A DNA stretch of 64,000 nt from Leptonemataceae bacterium (GCA_965227295.1 OZ245742.1:2048001-2112000), one strand, 5' to 3'; positions 1-10,285 are shown, numbered from the stretch's first letter. Program-made: numbers and translations. Notes: generated from the letters alone by a model not told the origin.

Positions 1-1087
1 CCGCGTCCAGGCGAAAGACGGCGTCCTGGATGTACTCTTCGGCCTGGGCAGCGGCGAGTTCGCGGCGGCGGCGGTTTTCGTCCAGTTCCCGGCGCATGCT
101 GTCCATGTGGACGACTTCGAGCCCGGGGAGGGCGTCGCAGTCCGGGTGCACGTCTCGGGGTAGGGCCATGTCCACAACCACAAACTTACGCTCCTTAGAA
201 TCTTGCAAAGATGACTCAGTATCGCGGTGCCGTTGCAGGCGGCGCATGAGCGCGGGGCTGAGGAACGCGTCTTCCCGGGACGTGGCCGTCACCAGGCCGT
301 CCACCGGGCCGGCCACCTCGGGGTGCTGCATAAAGTCTTCGAACGAAACCGTGGCCGCGCCCAGGCTGTCGGCCGTCTCCGCAATCTTTTCGACGCTGCG
401 GTTGATCATGACGATTTCGGCGCCGGTCTTCGCCAGATAACGAGCGGACTGCCGACTCATGGGGCCCGAGCCGATCACGGCGATGCGGGCCGGGACTTCG
501 TCGGAATCGGAGCGGCGGCGTCGGTCCAGGCCGAGGCGGGATACGAGCTTGCCCGTGGCCAGGCTCGCCACGGACAGCGGCAGGTGATTCAGAGGCAGCC
601 CGGCGCGGATTTGTCGCGACTCCCGGAAGACGTACTGGAACATGAGACGCAGGCGTTTGTCCAGGACCACCGCGGACTCCAGGGCGTCTTTGAGCTGGGC
701 GCGGATTTCCGTTTCGCCCAGGATCAGAGATTCCAGGCCGGCGGCGAGGCGCAGGAGATGGCGCAGGGCGGCGTTGCCGTGCAGAAAGGCCGGCCGCAGA
801 CCGCTGCGGAGTTCGGGCATGAGGTCCACCAATTCCACGGCCAGGTTGCCGTGCTGGTGTTCGTCACTGAGGCTGTAGATGATTTCGACGCGATTGCAGG
901 TGGACAGGTAGACGAAACCCTCGATCGCCGCGGGGGCCGCCGGAGCATTCGAGGCCTCGGTATTCGGACCGAGGCGTTCTTCCAGCTTTGCATGCAGGTG
1001 GTGAGGATCGATGTTTTTCCACGGCACCACGCCGGACAAATCGCCGGCCTCTTCGAAACTCAGAATGACGCAACCAATCCCTTCCAT
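1..1087 (-). CDS. hemA: Glutamyl-tRNA reductase (3' end runs off window; absent from the ORF track)
   Basis: Manual translation from ATG at 1087 gives GFVYLSTCNRVEI (catalytic Cys motif), GLESLILGETEIRAQLKDA and the Rossmann motif IAVIGSGPM. Confidence 0.93.
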   Translation of the reverse strand, partial: MEGIGCVILSFEEAGDLSGVVPWKNIDPHHLHAKLEERLGPNTEASNAPAAPAAIEGFVYLSTCNRVEIIYSLSDEHQHGNLAVELVDLMPELRSGLRPAFLHGNAALRHLLRLAAGLESLILGETEIRAQLKDALESAVVLDKRLRLMFQYVFRESRQIRAGLPLNHLPLSVASLATGKLVSRLGLDRRRRSDSDEVPARIAVIGSGPMSRQSARYLAKTGAEIVMINRSVEKIAETADSLGAATVSFEDFMQHPEVAGPVDGLVTATSREDAFLSPALMRRLQRHRDTESSLQDSKERKFVVVDMALPRDVHPDCDALPGLEVVHMDSMRRELDENRRRRELAAAQAEEYIQDAVFRLDA

Positions 1088-1225
1088 ACAATTGTTCCAG
1101 TGTATTTGATCATATACGAAGGCGGAAGATGTCAGGAAGTTGTCAACCAGGCCGGCCATCGTTCAAAATGAGAATCAGTCTCAGTATATCAATGCGGCCG
1201 AATCTGACCAGGGGGAAACACGCAG

Positions 1226-2119
1226 GTGTGGCGGCGTTATCGGGCTGAGTTTTATCTGCTGCTCTGCACGCTCCTGTGGGGCGGGACCTTCATTGCGATT
1301 AAGCTGGCGTTGGCGGAGTCGCCGCCGCTCCTGTTGGTGGGCCTGCGCTTCGGCATTGCCGCGGTGATCTTCGGTGTCGTCTTCTTTCGTGACATCGTTC
1401 GCGCGAGCCGCATGCAGGTCTACCAGGGATTGTTGCTCGGGATCTTCGTCTTCGGCGGTTTTGGCTTTCAAACCCTCGGCCTCGAGTACACGACGGTGGC
1501 GCGCTCCGCCTTTCTAACGCAACTGCTCGTGGTGTTCACGCCGTTCCTGCAACTCGCCCTCTTTCGTCGCCGCCCGGCGACGGCCACGCTGCTCGGCATC
1601 GCCCTGGTTGTTGCGGGCATGTACTTTCTGACGTCGCCCCGGGGGCGGCTGAACCTCAACTACGGCGACTTGCTTACGCTCCTGTGCGCGATCAGTTACA
1701 GCTTTTACGTGATCTACGTGGATCGTTACGGCGGGGCCGCGAGTGCCGGGGTCTTAAGTTTCTTTCAGACGATGTTTATGGCCCTGATCTCGCTCTCGCT
1801 ATCTTTGCTGATGGAACAGCCTTACGCCGACCGTCTCGCTCCGGGATCCGCGCTCATCGGCGGCCTTGCGTACCTGGCGTTGCTGGCCACGAACCTCGTG
1901 GTCTACTGGCAGATGCGCTGGCAGCCGGAGACCACCCCCGCCCGGGCCGCGGTGATCTTCGCCATGGAACCGGTCTTCGCCGCGTTGTTTGCGTTGTGGA
2001 TTTTCGCCGACCCGCTGACCGGCCGCAGCTTAATCGGCGCCGCGCTGATCTTAGGCGGTATGCTCGTCAGTGAACTGGGGCCGCTGTGGCGCCGGGCATC
2101 CGAAGACGTTCCGAAGTAG
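1226..2119 (+). CDS. DMT/EamA family transporter
   Basis: ~10 hydrophobic segments, LLWGGTF start, LRFGIAA, EPVFAALFA motifs. Confidence 0.9.
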   Translation: MWRRYRAEFYLLLCTLLWGGTFIAIKLALAESPPLLLVGLRFGIAAVIFGVVFFRDIVRASRMQVYQGLLLGIFVFGGFGFQTLGLEYTTVARSAFLTQLLVVFTPFLQLALFRRRPATATLLGIALVVAGMYFLTSPRGRLNLNYGDLLTLLCAISYSFYVIYVDRYGGAASAGVLSFFQTMFMALISLSLSLLMEQPYADRLAPGSALIGGLAYLALLATNLVVYWQMRWQPETTPARAAVIFAMEPVFAALFALWIFADPLTGRSLIGAALILGGMLVSELGPLWRRASEDVPK

Positions 2120-2143
2120 AAGCGCCGCGGTTCGTGGCGCCGA

Positions 2144-2530
2144 TTACTCCGGATTGACCGGACGATCCGCGAGTGCCGCCACGTCGGCGAACCAGACGTC
2201 GAGAGACTCGTAGCGTTTCAGCGGCTGCGTGCCTTCGAGCAGGACGTAGACCGGGCCCTCGGCCCCGCTGTCGCCCATGTTGAAGGCGAAGCGATCGTCG
2301 TTCCAGCGAGCGAAGACCAGAAAGCCTGGAAACGCGGCGAGGATTTCCGGCGCTTCGAAGTAGAAGTTCGCGATGTCGTAGTTGCCCTGGAGGACGACGG
2401 TTCGATACGAAGGGGGGAACTGAAAGCGTAGCTGTTTTTCCCAGTCGCTCACCTGAGCCTCGGTGAACGTGGGCTCGGAACCGAAGCGGTCGTGTTGTTT
2501 CAGAAATGCGATCGTATTCTCTACGCTCAT
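2144..2530 (-). CDS. SMI1/KNR4 (SUKH) family protein
   Basis: EAQVSDWEKQLRFQFPPSYR pattern, 128 aa. Confidence 0.75.
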   Translation of the reverse strand: MSVENTIAFLKQHDRFGSEPTFTEAQVSDWEKQLRFQFPPSYRTVVLQGNYDIANFYFEAPEILAAFPGFLVFARWNDDRFAFNMGDSGAEGPVYVLLEGTQPLKRYESLDVWFADVAALADRPVNPE

Positions 2531-2551
2531 AATGATGAAAAATTGCTCCGA

Positions 2552-3628
2552 TTAATTCGCGGTCAAGAGGATTTGCCCGCCGCCCCTGGAAACGTTCGGT
2601 CCGTCCACGCGAACGGCCCGGCGCCCGCGCAGCAGTCCGAGGCTTTCTTCGAAATGGCCGGCATCCTCGCGCCGGCCGCGGAGGCGCAGCAGTTCCGCGG
2701 CCCCGCGGTTCAGTAAAAGGAAATCACCGGGCCGGGGCCGGCCGCGGCGTTGCCCGCTCTCTGCGTCCGACAGCACCAGTTGCGGTCGCACGGCGACGGC
2801 CTGGTCGTGGGTGGCGGCGTCACGCTCTGCATCCCACATGGCGTCCAGGAGATGGTACAGCTCGCCCGGGGCCAGTTCGTCCCGGCACGGGTCGTAGAGC
2901 ACGTAGTTGCCGCGAGCGAAGTGGAGAGCGCTGCGTACCGCGCGGCCGGGACCGAAGCCGGTGTAGTGTTCGATGATGCTGAGCGCGCTGTCCGGGCGCA
3001 GGTCCCGTAACTCTTCCTGCGCGAATGTTTGCAAAGATCCGGCGAAGCCGTCGTCGACGAGGACGATCTCAGCCGTGCTCGCCAGGCCGCGTTGCGTGAG
3101 AAAGTCCCGGTAGTACGGGAGCCTGGCCGTGATCTGCGCCGGGTCTGCTGCGACCGGCAGAATGCTCAGGGTTCGGCGTTCGCGTTCCCGGGCCAGCACC
3201 GGCGGCGGCTTTTCCAGGGCGGCCAGGGCCGGCGGGCCGGCAAGGGACTTCAGCTCACGGGCGAAGCCGGACGGGCTGCCGGCGTAACGGATCGTGAGCC
3301 CGGTGCCGGCGGCGACCTGCTCCAGCTCGCGGCGAAACGATCGACTGCTCTCGAATTCCAGAAGAGCGATGCCGCCGGCTTCGAGTTTGCCAAAGAGTTC
3401 GATGTAGTCCCGGGGCCGGGCCGGCAGTTCGCTCGCGGCGACATACAGGGCGTCGAGGCTCAGGGCTCCAGCCTCGTGCAGGTGAAGATAGTCGATGCGG
3501 TCGGCCGCGGGAAGCTGCTCGGGCCGCGAGACCCGGGCTGCTGCCGACGTCGACAGTCCGGCGCGTCGGGACCAGGCGGGCATGCCGGCGGCCAGCGCCC
3601 GGGCGATGAATTCCGTTCCGGCACTCAC
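2552..3628 (-). CDS. Hypothetical protein with a degenerate GT2/GT-A glycosyltransferase-like C-terminal half
   Basis: LSILPV...EIVLVDDG...GPGRAVRSAL..ARGNYVL; GTG start at 3628 overlaps the upstream stop (GTGA). Confidence 0.5.
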   Translation of the reverse strand: MSAGTEFIARALAAGMPAWSRRAGLSTSAAARVSRPEQLPAADRIDYLHLHEAGALSLDALYVAASELPARPRDYIELFGKLEAGGIALLEFESSRSFRRELEQVAAGTGLTIRYAGSPSGFARELKSLAGPPALAALEKPPPVLARERERRTLSILPVAADPAQITARLPYYRDFLTQRGLASTAEIVLVDDGFAGSLQTFAQEELRDLRPDSALSIIEHYTGFGPGRAVRSALHFARGNYVLYDPCRDELAPGELYHLLDAMWDAERDAATHDQAVAVRPQLVLSDAESGQRRGRPRPGDFLLLNRGAAELLRLRGRREDAGHFEESLGLLRGRRAVRVDGPNVSRGGGQILLTAN

Positions 3629-4101
3629 CGCGTTGTGTTGCTCTGTGGCCTCGCGTCGGCGGGCAGTGGTTGCTGTCGGAGATGGACGACATAACGCCCC
3701 ACGAGCCGACGTTCCTCCGCGGACATTTGCGGATAGGCGTTCATGAGCGTGCCGGGAATGCCGCTTTGCAGCGTGGCCGCGATGGCCTCCGCGCTCGTGC
3801 CGCGCCGGTAGGTATTCAATGCACGAAAGTTGCGCGGCGGTGGTTGGACTCCGGCGCTGGCCGGACCGTCGCCGCCGCCGAGATCGCCGTGGCAGGCCCG
3901 GCATCCGTAGGCCAGATAGAGTTCCCGACCGCGCTGGATGGCCGCCGCGTCCGTGTCTTCGTTGCCGGCCGTTTTTCCGGCGGTCCGGGCCTCAAATTCC
4001 GCGACGGCGGCCGGATCCTGCGGGGCCGGGAGTTGTGGAATGTCCGCGCCGCAAGCAGTGGCGGACATTATGAGCAGTATTACGAATGAAAGTCGATGCA
4101 T
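3625..4101 (-). CDS. c-type cytochrome, probable lipoprotein
   Basis: CRACH heme motif, PPPRNF, GIPGTLM (axial Met); signal peptide ending in ATAC. Confidence 0.88.
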   Translation of the reverse strand: MHRLSFVILLIMSATACGADIPQLPAPQDPAAVAEFEARTAGKTAGNEDTDAAAIQRGRELYLAYGCRACHGDLGGGDGPASAGVQPPPRNFRALNTYRRGTSAEAIAATLQSGIPGTLMNAYPQMSAEERRLVGRYVVHLRQQPLPADARPQSNTTR

Positions 4102-4263
4102 GGATTGTGGATCGTTGGTTATGTCAGCAGGCAATCCGGCTGAGAACACAAGAAAAATGAAATTTTCCGGGGAAAAATCGTCGAAAAGAGAGTAGGATCC
4201 CCGTTTTATAGTAGAACATCCGCTTTGAATGGGGTACATGGATACATCCGTCTGTACATTCTT

Positions 4264-5418
4264 ATGCCGGTATCACGGAAACATTCATTTTTTAACTCCA
4301 CGCGGGGTTTCATCGTCGGAGCGTTGCTGTTTGGTCTGCTCACGACGGGGCTGAGCGCGGAACTCATTCAACTCAAGAACGGTGACTATATTCAGGGACG
4401 CATCGTGTCTCAGGATCAGCAGCGTGTCGTCATGAAAACCGACGCCGGCCAGCGGGTAATTCTGAAGTCGAGAATCCGCCGCATCGTCTACGATAAAGGC
4501 ATGGAAGCGCGGTTGATCGCCGCGAAGAAAGCCGAAGAAGAGGCGCAGCGCGAAGCCGAGCGGCGCAAGCGCGAAGAAGAACTGCGCCGGCAAAAAGAAG
4601 CGGAGCTCGCCGCGCTGGAAGAAGAACGCCAGCGCAAAGAAGCCGAAGAGCGGCGCCTGCGCGAAGAGCGCGAACGCATTGCCAACGAACGCCGCGCCCG
4701 GGCCGCTCGCGCGCGGTACGCCTACGTCGTCGCAGAGTACAATCGTCGCAAGGCGGCCTACGAGCAGCAGCTCGCCGAAGAAGAGCGCCGCAAGAAAGAG
4801 CAAGAAAAAGAAGTCGTTCAAAAAGAAGAGGATGCCACAAAGACCGAGGTCGATCGCTGGGGGCCGTTCTGGCGCTCCATGTTGATCCCGGGCTGGGGAC
4901 AGATGTACGCCGGGCAAACGGGAATCGGCGTGGCCTTCACCGGGGCCTTTGCTCTGACCGCCTACAACTCCTACGCGGCCCGCGGCATTGCCGTGGGTGC
5001 GGGCAACGAGTACACCAGCTTTACGGATACCACGTTTCTTACGCCGCTTCTGCCGGGCGCCGGTGCTCCCGTCGCCGCCTACGTCTACTTTGAGACCGAT
5101 CGTCTGGCACGGACTTACGAGAATCGCGTGGCCGGTTATACGCAGAGCCTCTACTTTCTGGGCGGCGTTTACATCGTGCAGCTCCTGCACGCCGCTCTGC
5201 TAAGCAAAGAGATTACTACCGCAAGTTTACTCGAAGATACCGGCGACGAAAACGGCGGCTTTGAATTGATCATGGATCAGCCGCGGACGCTTACGCCGCT
5301 GTACAGCAGCGCGCTTCCGAACTCCGCCGGTTTTTCCACGCCGTCCGCGTTTGTCGAAGAAGAACTCCGCACCACGCCCGCGGATCGCATCGGCGTGCGT
5401 TATTCCATTCACTTTTAA
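4264..5418 (+). CDS. Exported protein with LA_0442/LA_0875-like N-terminal domain, coiled coil and DUF5683-like region
   Basis: ELIQLKNGDYIQGRIVSQD after signal peptide; E/R/K-rich coil; WRSMLIPGWGQMY. Confidence 0.7.
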   Translation: MPVSRKHSFFNSTRGFIVGALLFGLLTTGLSAELIQLKNGDYIQGRIVSQDQQRVVMKTDAGQRVILKSRIRRIVYDKGMEARLIAAKKAEEEAQREAERRKREEELRRQKEAELAALEEERQRKEAEERRLREERERIANERRARAARARYAYVVAEYNRRKAAYEQQLAEEERRKKEQEKEVVQKEEDATKTEVDRWGPFWRSMLIPGWGQMYAGQTGIGVAFTGAFALTAYNSYAARGIAVGAGNEYTSFTDTTFLTPLLPGAGAPVAAYVYFETDRLARTYENRVAGYTQSLYFLGGVYIVQLLHAALLSKEITTASLLEDTGDENGGFELIMDQPRTLTPLYSSALPNSAGFSTPSAFVEEELRTTPADRIGVRYSIHF

Positions 5419-6210
5419 ATGAACCAGCCGACTCGTTTCGGCGCCGTGAGCGCCTTTGTCTTTGCAGCCTGCGTCACGTTCTGTAATCCCGGGGCAGAGC
5501 CGATCACCCCGGCCGAACGGGCGGCACTGTACGGCAACGTCTCGCCGGAAGCCTACCTGCTGGGCGATTTTTCTCCAGAGCAACATAAGGCCTTCGTGCG
5601 CCTCGACCGCCACGGCGTTCCCGTGTACGAGGGCCGGGCCATCTACCTGCGTCGCGAAGCCGCGGACGCGCTCAAGAAGATGCATGCGGCCTTTCGTAAG
5701 GAGCACGCTGAGATTCCGTTTTCGGTTCGCAGCGGGACGCGCAACTTCCGGGCGCAACAGGGCATCTGGGAAGGCAAGTGGAACGGGGAGCGCCGCGTCG
5801 ACGGCGGTCGTTTGAACGAGACCATTCCTGATCCCATGCAACGAGCGCTGAAGATCCTGGAGTTTTCGTCGATGCCCGGTACCTCTCGCCATCATTGGGG
5901 CAGCGACTTCGATTTTCACAATCTTACGAACGCCTACTATCAGAGCGGTGACGGCAAGGTTTTGTATGATTGGCTGCGCGCGAACGCCGCGCGCTTCGGT
6001 TTTTGTCAGCCGTACATCGCCGGGCGGACGTCCGGCTACTTCGAAGAACGCTGGCACTGGTCCTACCGGCCCCTGGCCTCGAAGTTCTTGCGCGAATGGA
6101 AGGAACGGCTCACCGAGAAGTACCCGGCCGGGCGCAGCTTCGACGGCTCCGGTACCGCCGCGCGACTCGCGCGCATTTACGTGGAAAGCATCGACCCCGC
6201 CTGCGAATAA
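5419..6210 (+). CDS. M15 family D-Ala-D-Ala carboxypeptidase (VanY-like)
   Basis: SGTR..., PGTSRHHWGSDFD and EERWHWSY zinc-binding motifs. Confidence 0.9.
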   Translation: MNQPTRFGAVSAFVFAACVTFCNPGAEPITPAERAALYGNVSPEAYLLGDFSPEQHKAFVRLDRHGVPVYEGRAIYLRREAADALKKMHAAFRKEHAEIPFSVRSGTRNFRAQQGIWEGKWNGERRVDGGRLNETIPDPMQRALKILEFSSMPGTSRHHWGSDFDFHNLTNAYYQSGDGKVLYDWLRANAARFGFCQPYIAGRTSGYFEERWHWSYRPLASKFLREWKERLTEKYPAGRSFDGSGTAARLARIYVESIDPACE

Positions 6211-6271
6211 GGAGTTGCGGGCAGGCTGATTTGCGTCTACTAAAAGTTAGTGGGCGTAAGTTTGACGGCGT

Positions 6272-6490
6272 TTAGTCGTCCACGAAGAAGGCCGCCGGCT
6301 TGCACTGGAAGACCTCGCAGAGGGCGCAGATCAACCGGTGGGAGGCGTTGTCCGCGCGTTCCAGTTGCTCCACACGCTGATGCGTGAAGCCGCTGAAGTG
6401 GCCGGTGCCGGCGATGTATTCGGCCAGGTCTCTTTGCGTCCAGCGACGTTCTTCGCGCATGCGGCGGATCCTGTCACTATCGAAACGCAT
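6272..6490 (-). CDS. XRE-family helix-turn-helix protein
   Basis: IRRMREERRWTQRDLAE...ICALCEVF, 72 aa. Confidence 0.8.
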   Translation of the reverse strand: MRFDSDRIRRMREERRWTQRDLAEYIAGTGHFSGFTHQRVEQLERADNASHRLICALCEVFQCKPAAFFVDD

Positions 6491-6569
6491 GTGGTGAATG
6501 CCCGGGCGAAGCAGTCGAACCCTGATCGCGGCGGAGGCGATGTCAACGGAAATTTTTCTTTACAGGCGT

Positions 6570-7760
6570 TCAGCGACGCCGGTGCCACGCGGTCCCGGTG
6601 AAGTACCACCAGATCTTGCCGGCGGTGCCGATATCGGGGGCCGGAGTGCAATACGGCAGGCGGTCCAGCCCCGATTGGCCGGCGTTTACGTGGCCGCCGT
6701 CCCAGAGTTGGTCGCAGCCGTGTTCGGCCAGCGTGCGCCCGACCTTGCGCCGCGCGCTTTCCGGGAGCATCTCGAAGTGATCCTGTAAAACTTTACGGCA
6801 CCACACCCGGTACTCGACAACCGGTAACTTTCGGTAGGTAACATCTTCTATGGTGAGGTCAAAGCGTTTCTTACCGGCGGCGTGGGCCTTCGCGTTGGCG
6901 CTGAGGTACGGAAGATAGGTGCGGCCCATGTGCGTAAGCAGCGCGCCCCAGCCGTAGGGCAGGCGGCCGGGCTTTGCATTCCAGCGTTTGTTTTTGTGCG
7001 CCGATGCGCGCGCGTCCCACATGCGTGCGACCCAGGCATAGACCGCCGGCGCCTGTTCGCGCATGATGCGCCCGGGCGTGGGATCGATGCTGAAGTGGCG
7101 GAACATGGATGCGAAGAATCCGAAGTCCGCGAGACACGGCCGTTCCCCCATGAGATAGTCGTTGTTCTGGAGAATCGTTTCCAGGCGCGCCAGCGTGCCG
7201 AGGTACTGGTCTTCGACGTGTTCGCGGGTATCGCGACTTACGCCGTCGCCGCGGACATAGGTGGCCTTTTGCCGGCTCGTGAGATACCAGCGTGTCAGGG
7301 TGCGCGTGCCCGGCGGATGAAAGATGAAGTCTTCCATGAAACGCCGGCCGTAGAGTTGCCGATCCTTCTTGAACGACCAGCGATAGTGCAGGGCCGGGCG
7401 CCACATCCATTCGTCGGCGTAGTCTTCGATCAGGCGGCAGAAGAAGGCATGGTAGGCGTCTTTCGGCAACACCGCCCCCGCGGGATAGCGCGGTTCGAAG
7501 TACTCGGTGATCATGGGCGTGGTGTCCCGCAGCCACTCGCCGTCGGAGGTCTCTACGACCGGCACCTGCATGAGTCCGGTGTGCGGCAGAATTTCGCCGG
7601 CCATCATCTTCCAGGTGATGTGTCGATTTTCGTGAGGGATTTCTTTGTAGCGTAAGTACGCCTGCATCTTCCCGCTGAAGTACGAGATGTCCATGTAGTA
7701 GAGGCGATACGGTTCGGCGCCGCTGTTGTCGACTTTCCGTTTGCGTCCCGGAAGATGCAT
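6570..7760 (-). CDS. Glutathione S-transferase family protein
   Basis: SYFSGKMQAYLRYK, QVPVV, DTTPM, EDYADEW, YLMGERPCLADFG; the ORF-track extension to 8222 runs into the repeat array. Confidence 0.85.
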   Translation of the reverse strand: MHLPGRKRKVDNSGAEPYRLYYMDISYFSGKMQAYLRYKEIPHENRHITWKMMAGEILPHTGLMQVPVVETSDGEWLRDTTPMITEYFEPRYPAGAVLPKDAYHAFFCRLIEDYADEWMWRPALHYRWSFKKDRQLYGRRFMEDFIFHPPGTRTLTRWYLTSRQKATYVRGDGVSRDTREHVEDQYLGTLARLETILQNNDYLMGERPCLADFGFFASMFRHFSIDPTPGRIMREQAPAVYAWVARMWDARASAHKNKRWNAKPGRLPYGWGALLTHMGRTYLPYLSANAKAHAAGKKRFDLTIEDVTYRKLPVVEYRVWCRKVLQDHFEMLPESARRKVGRTLAEHGCDQLWDGGHVNAGQSGLDRLPYCTPAPDIGTAGKIWWYFTGTAWHRRR

Positions 7761-7834
7761 GCCTGCGATTTTTTGCAAGGCCGCGTGCGTGGCCAGTGAA
7801 ATTCGGCACGGTTCGAAACCCCGCTCCGGAAACG

Positions 7835-8926
7835 GAGTCGCAAACCGACGTCCGGGTCGAACGCAGCATGCTTTGCAGTACGAAAATCCACAACTCCCGC
7901 AAAGCCGTAGCCAAAAAATTCCCTTCAAAGTTTGGCGACTTACTCCGCTTTTTTCACGGCAAACGCAACGAACCGCAGCTCCTGGATTACCGGAAACGCT
8001 CGGATAGCTCGCAAACGCCCCGAATCGTGGTGTAAGTGGCGGCCAGTTTGTATTAAGCCTTGTATGGGTACAGCTGGTTCCAGCAGATGAACGGAGGTCA
8101 TGCCGGGGAATGTGGTAAGGCGCACCGGAACGGCGTCTTCGCCGCAAGAAACGCGAGGGGAGATGAGTCGCACAACCAGCGTCCGGGTCGAGGCGGACTA
8201 ACTTAACAAAACGAGAATCCACAACTCCCGCTCAGCCGTAGCCAAAAAAGGAATTTCACGGTTGCGCAACTTACCTCATGTTTCTCGCGGCAACCGTTAC
8301 GAACCGCGGCTCTTGAACTACCGGAAAGTTTTTAGTCGTTCAAGCACGCCCCGAATCGTGGTGTAAGTGGCGGCCAGTTTGTATTAAGCCTTGTATGGGT
8401 ACAGCTGGTTCCAGCAGATGAACGGAGGTCATGCCGGGGATATGTGGGGCGCGCACCGGAACGGCGTCTTCGCCGCAAGAAACGCGAGGGGAGATGAGTC
8501 GCACACCCGGCGTCCGGGTCGAGGCGGACTAACTTAACAAAACGAGAATCCACAACTCCCGCTCAGCCGTAGCCAAAAAAATCTCTGCACGATACGGCAA
8601 CTTACTTCACGTTTCTCACGGCAACGGTAGCGAACCGCAGCTCTTGAATTACCGGAAACGCATCGGTTGTTCGCGGACGCCCCGAATCGTGGTGTAAGTG
8701 GCGGCCAGTTTGCATTAAGACTTTTTTGGGTACGGCTGGTTCCAGCAGATGAACGGAGGTCGTGCCGGGGAACATGGTAAGGCGCACCGGAACGGCGTCT
8801 TCGTCGTAAGAAACGTTATGATAGCTGATCCGCACACCCGGCGTCCGGGTCGACTCCCGCTTCGCTGTAGCCAAAAAATTCCCTTCAACGTTTGGCGACT
8901 TACTTCCTGTTTTTCACGGCAAACGC
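7835..8926. repeat. Non-coding tandem array, ~3.3 copies of a 331-bp unit
   Basis: CGAATCGTGGTGTAAGTGGCGGCCAGTTTG at 8021, 8352, 8683; CCAAAAAA of GTAGCCAAAAAA at 7911, 8242, 8573 and 8871 (last unit shortened by ~33 bp). Confidence 0.95.
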
Positions 8927-10119
8927 CGCGAGTCCTGCGAGGCCATGGTGCAGAGATTGTAGAGCAGCATGTAATCGAGGCCGTTGTAGCGGTTGTCCGT
9001 AACGACTCCGCCGGGTTCGCCGTGTTGATGTTCGTGTTTCGGATGCGTAAAGCGAAACGGTGAACGCCAGCCGGGGGGTGCCAGGAAGGCGGGCCCGGTC
9101 GCCGCGGCTTCGGTTAACTGTGCCTGACTTTTTATTAAGGACGCTTGCCGATGCGCGGCGGCGTTCCGGTTTTCCGGAAACAACAGGGCGTTCAGTAAAG
9201 GATAAATGTACCAATCGTGCTTCGGGGCGAGTTTCATGAGGGCGTCGGTGGTGCGCGGGCCCCAGCCGTTGCCGAGGGCCGCAAGGACCATGGTCATGTG
9301 CAGATTGTCGGAGCTGTAGAGATAACCGGGATGCCACGGTTCGGCCATGAGATCCCAGAGCCAGTCGTGCCACCAGCGCGTGCCGGGATTGTAATGATCG
9401 TCGGAGATGTTCCGCGCGGCCCGGCGCAGACCGCCGGCGTAGGCGAAGGCGTTCGCGCCCCTGCGCACCGCGCGACCGCAGGCGGGGTTGCGGATGGTCC
9501 AATCGTGGCGACGCATCCATTTTACGATCTCCACCGCCCGGGCGATCATCGCTCCCGATACGTCGTAGCCGTTGCGCTTAAGTTCCGGTGTGTAGTTCTT
9601 AACGATTGTGAACCCCAGGTACAGATGATAGACCTGGTCCTGGCTTTCTTCTTTGTTGAACGGCGCCGCGATGGAGTCCACGAAGTCCGAGAGCACCAGA
9701 TCCGCGTCGATCTCCGCCGCCACGTCCAGGGGCACGTCGTCGCGGATGAAAAAGCCGGGCTCGTTGTGTTGATAGGCGCCGCAGACGCCGACGAAGTACT
9801 TTTCGGCCGTATCGCACAGGCGATCGACGGCCTTCGCCGCCAGCAGGAGTTCTTCGGCGGTGCGTTCGACATTGCCGACTGCGGCGTACTCCGGATACTC
9901 GTCCGGCCGGCTCAGTAGATAGTGCTCCGTGGCGAGGACGGCGAGGTACCAGCCCAGGCGGACGGTGCCGTCGCTCCACTTCGCGATCCGGGAGGGCCGG
10001 CTCGCCCGGAGCGCGGCCGGGATGCTGCGGCCCGGTCCTTCGCCGACAAGCGTGAATTCCGTGCGGAGGCGTTCGCGATGAGCGCAGTAGATCTGTACAT
10101 CTGCGTTGTGCATGCGCAC
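8914..10119 (-). CDS. Hypothetical protein (~400 aa)
   Basis: Long ORF with protein-like composition and motif-like segments (GWYLAVLATE, GFFIRDDVP, ESQDQ); no family recognised with confidence. Confidence 0.75.
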   Translation of the reverse strand: MRMHNADVQIYCAHRERLRTEFTLVGEGPGRSIPAALRASRPSRIAKWSDGTVRLGWYLAVLATEHYLLSRPDEYPEYAAVGNVERTAEELLLAAKAVDRLCDTAEKYFVGVCGAYQHNEPGFFIRDDVPLDVAAEIDADLVLSDFVDSIAAPFNKEESQDQVYHLYLGFTIVKNYTPELKRNGYDVSGAMIARAVEIVKWMRRHDWTIRNPACGRAVRRGANAFAYAGGLRRAARNISDDHYNPGTRWWHDWLWDLMAEPWHPGYLYSSDNLHMTMVLAALGNGWGPRTTDALMKLAPKHDWYIYPLLNALLFPENRNAAAHRQASLIKSQAQLTEAAATGPAFLAPPGWRSPFRFTHPKHEHQHGEPGGVVTDNRYNGLDYMLLYNLCTMASQDSRRLP

Positions 10120-10285
10120 TAATTTCTTGTGCGAGTTGGTTACGGGCGACTGTTCTTCGGTATCGGACGGCGCAAACGGACGGTTTTCGCGGCGGGATCG
10201 TAGTTATTTGCAGCGCGGGACCGCCTGAATTCATTATGTGCAGCCCGCGTTTTATGCTGGTGTGTTTTTTAACGGTGTGCGATCG

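Noticed and set aside
30..1171. Plus-strand ORFs of 136 and 314 aa
   Set aside because: Antisense shadows of hemA, which is on the minus strand and missing from the track because it has no stop in the window
4500..4840. Low-complexity GAA/CGC-rich stretch resembling a repeat
   Set aside because: Encodes an E/R/K coiled coil; no discrete DNA repeat unit
7761..8874. GST N-terminal extension and small ORFs 8332-8553, 8602-8874, 7940-8173
   Set aside because: They are translations of the 331-bp repeat in shifting frames; the period is not a multiple of 3
7835..8926. CRISPR interpretation of the array
   Set aside because: Units are 331 bp and homologous along their whole length, with no unique spacers and no cas genes in the window
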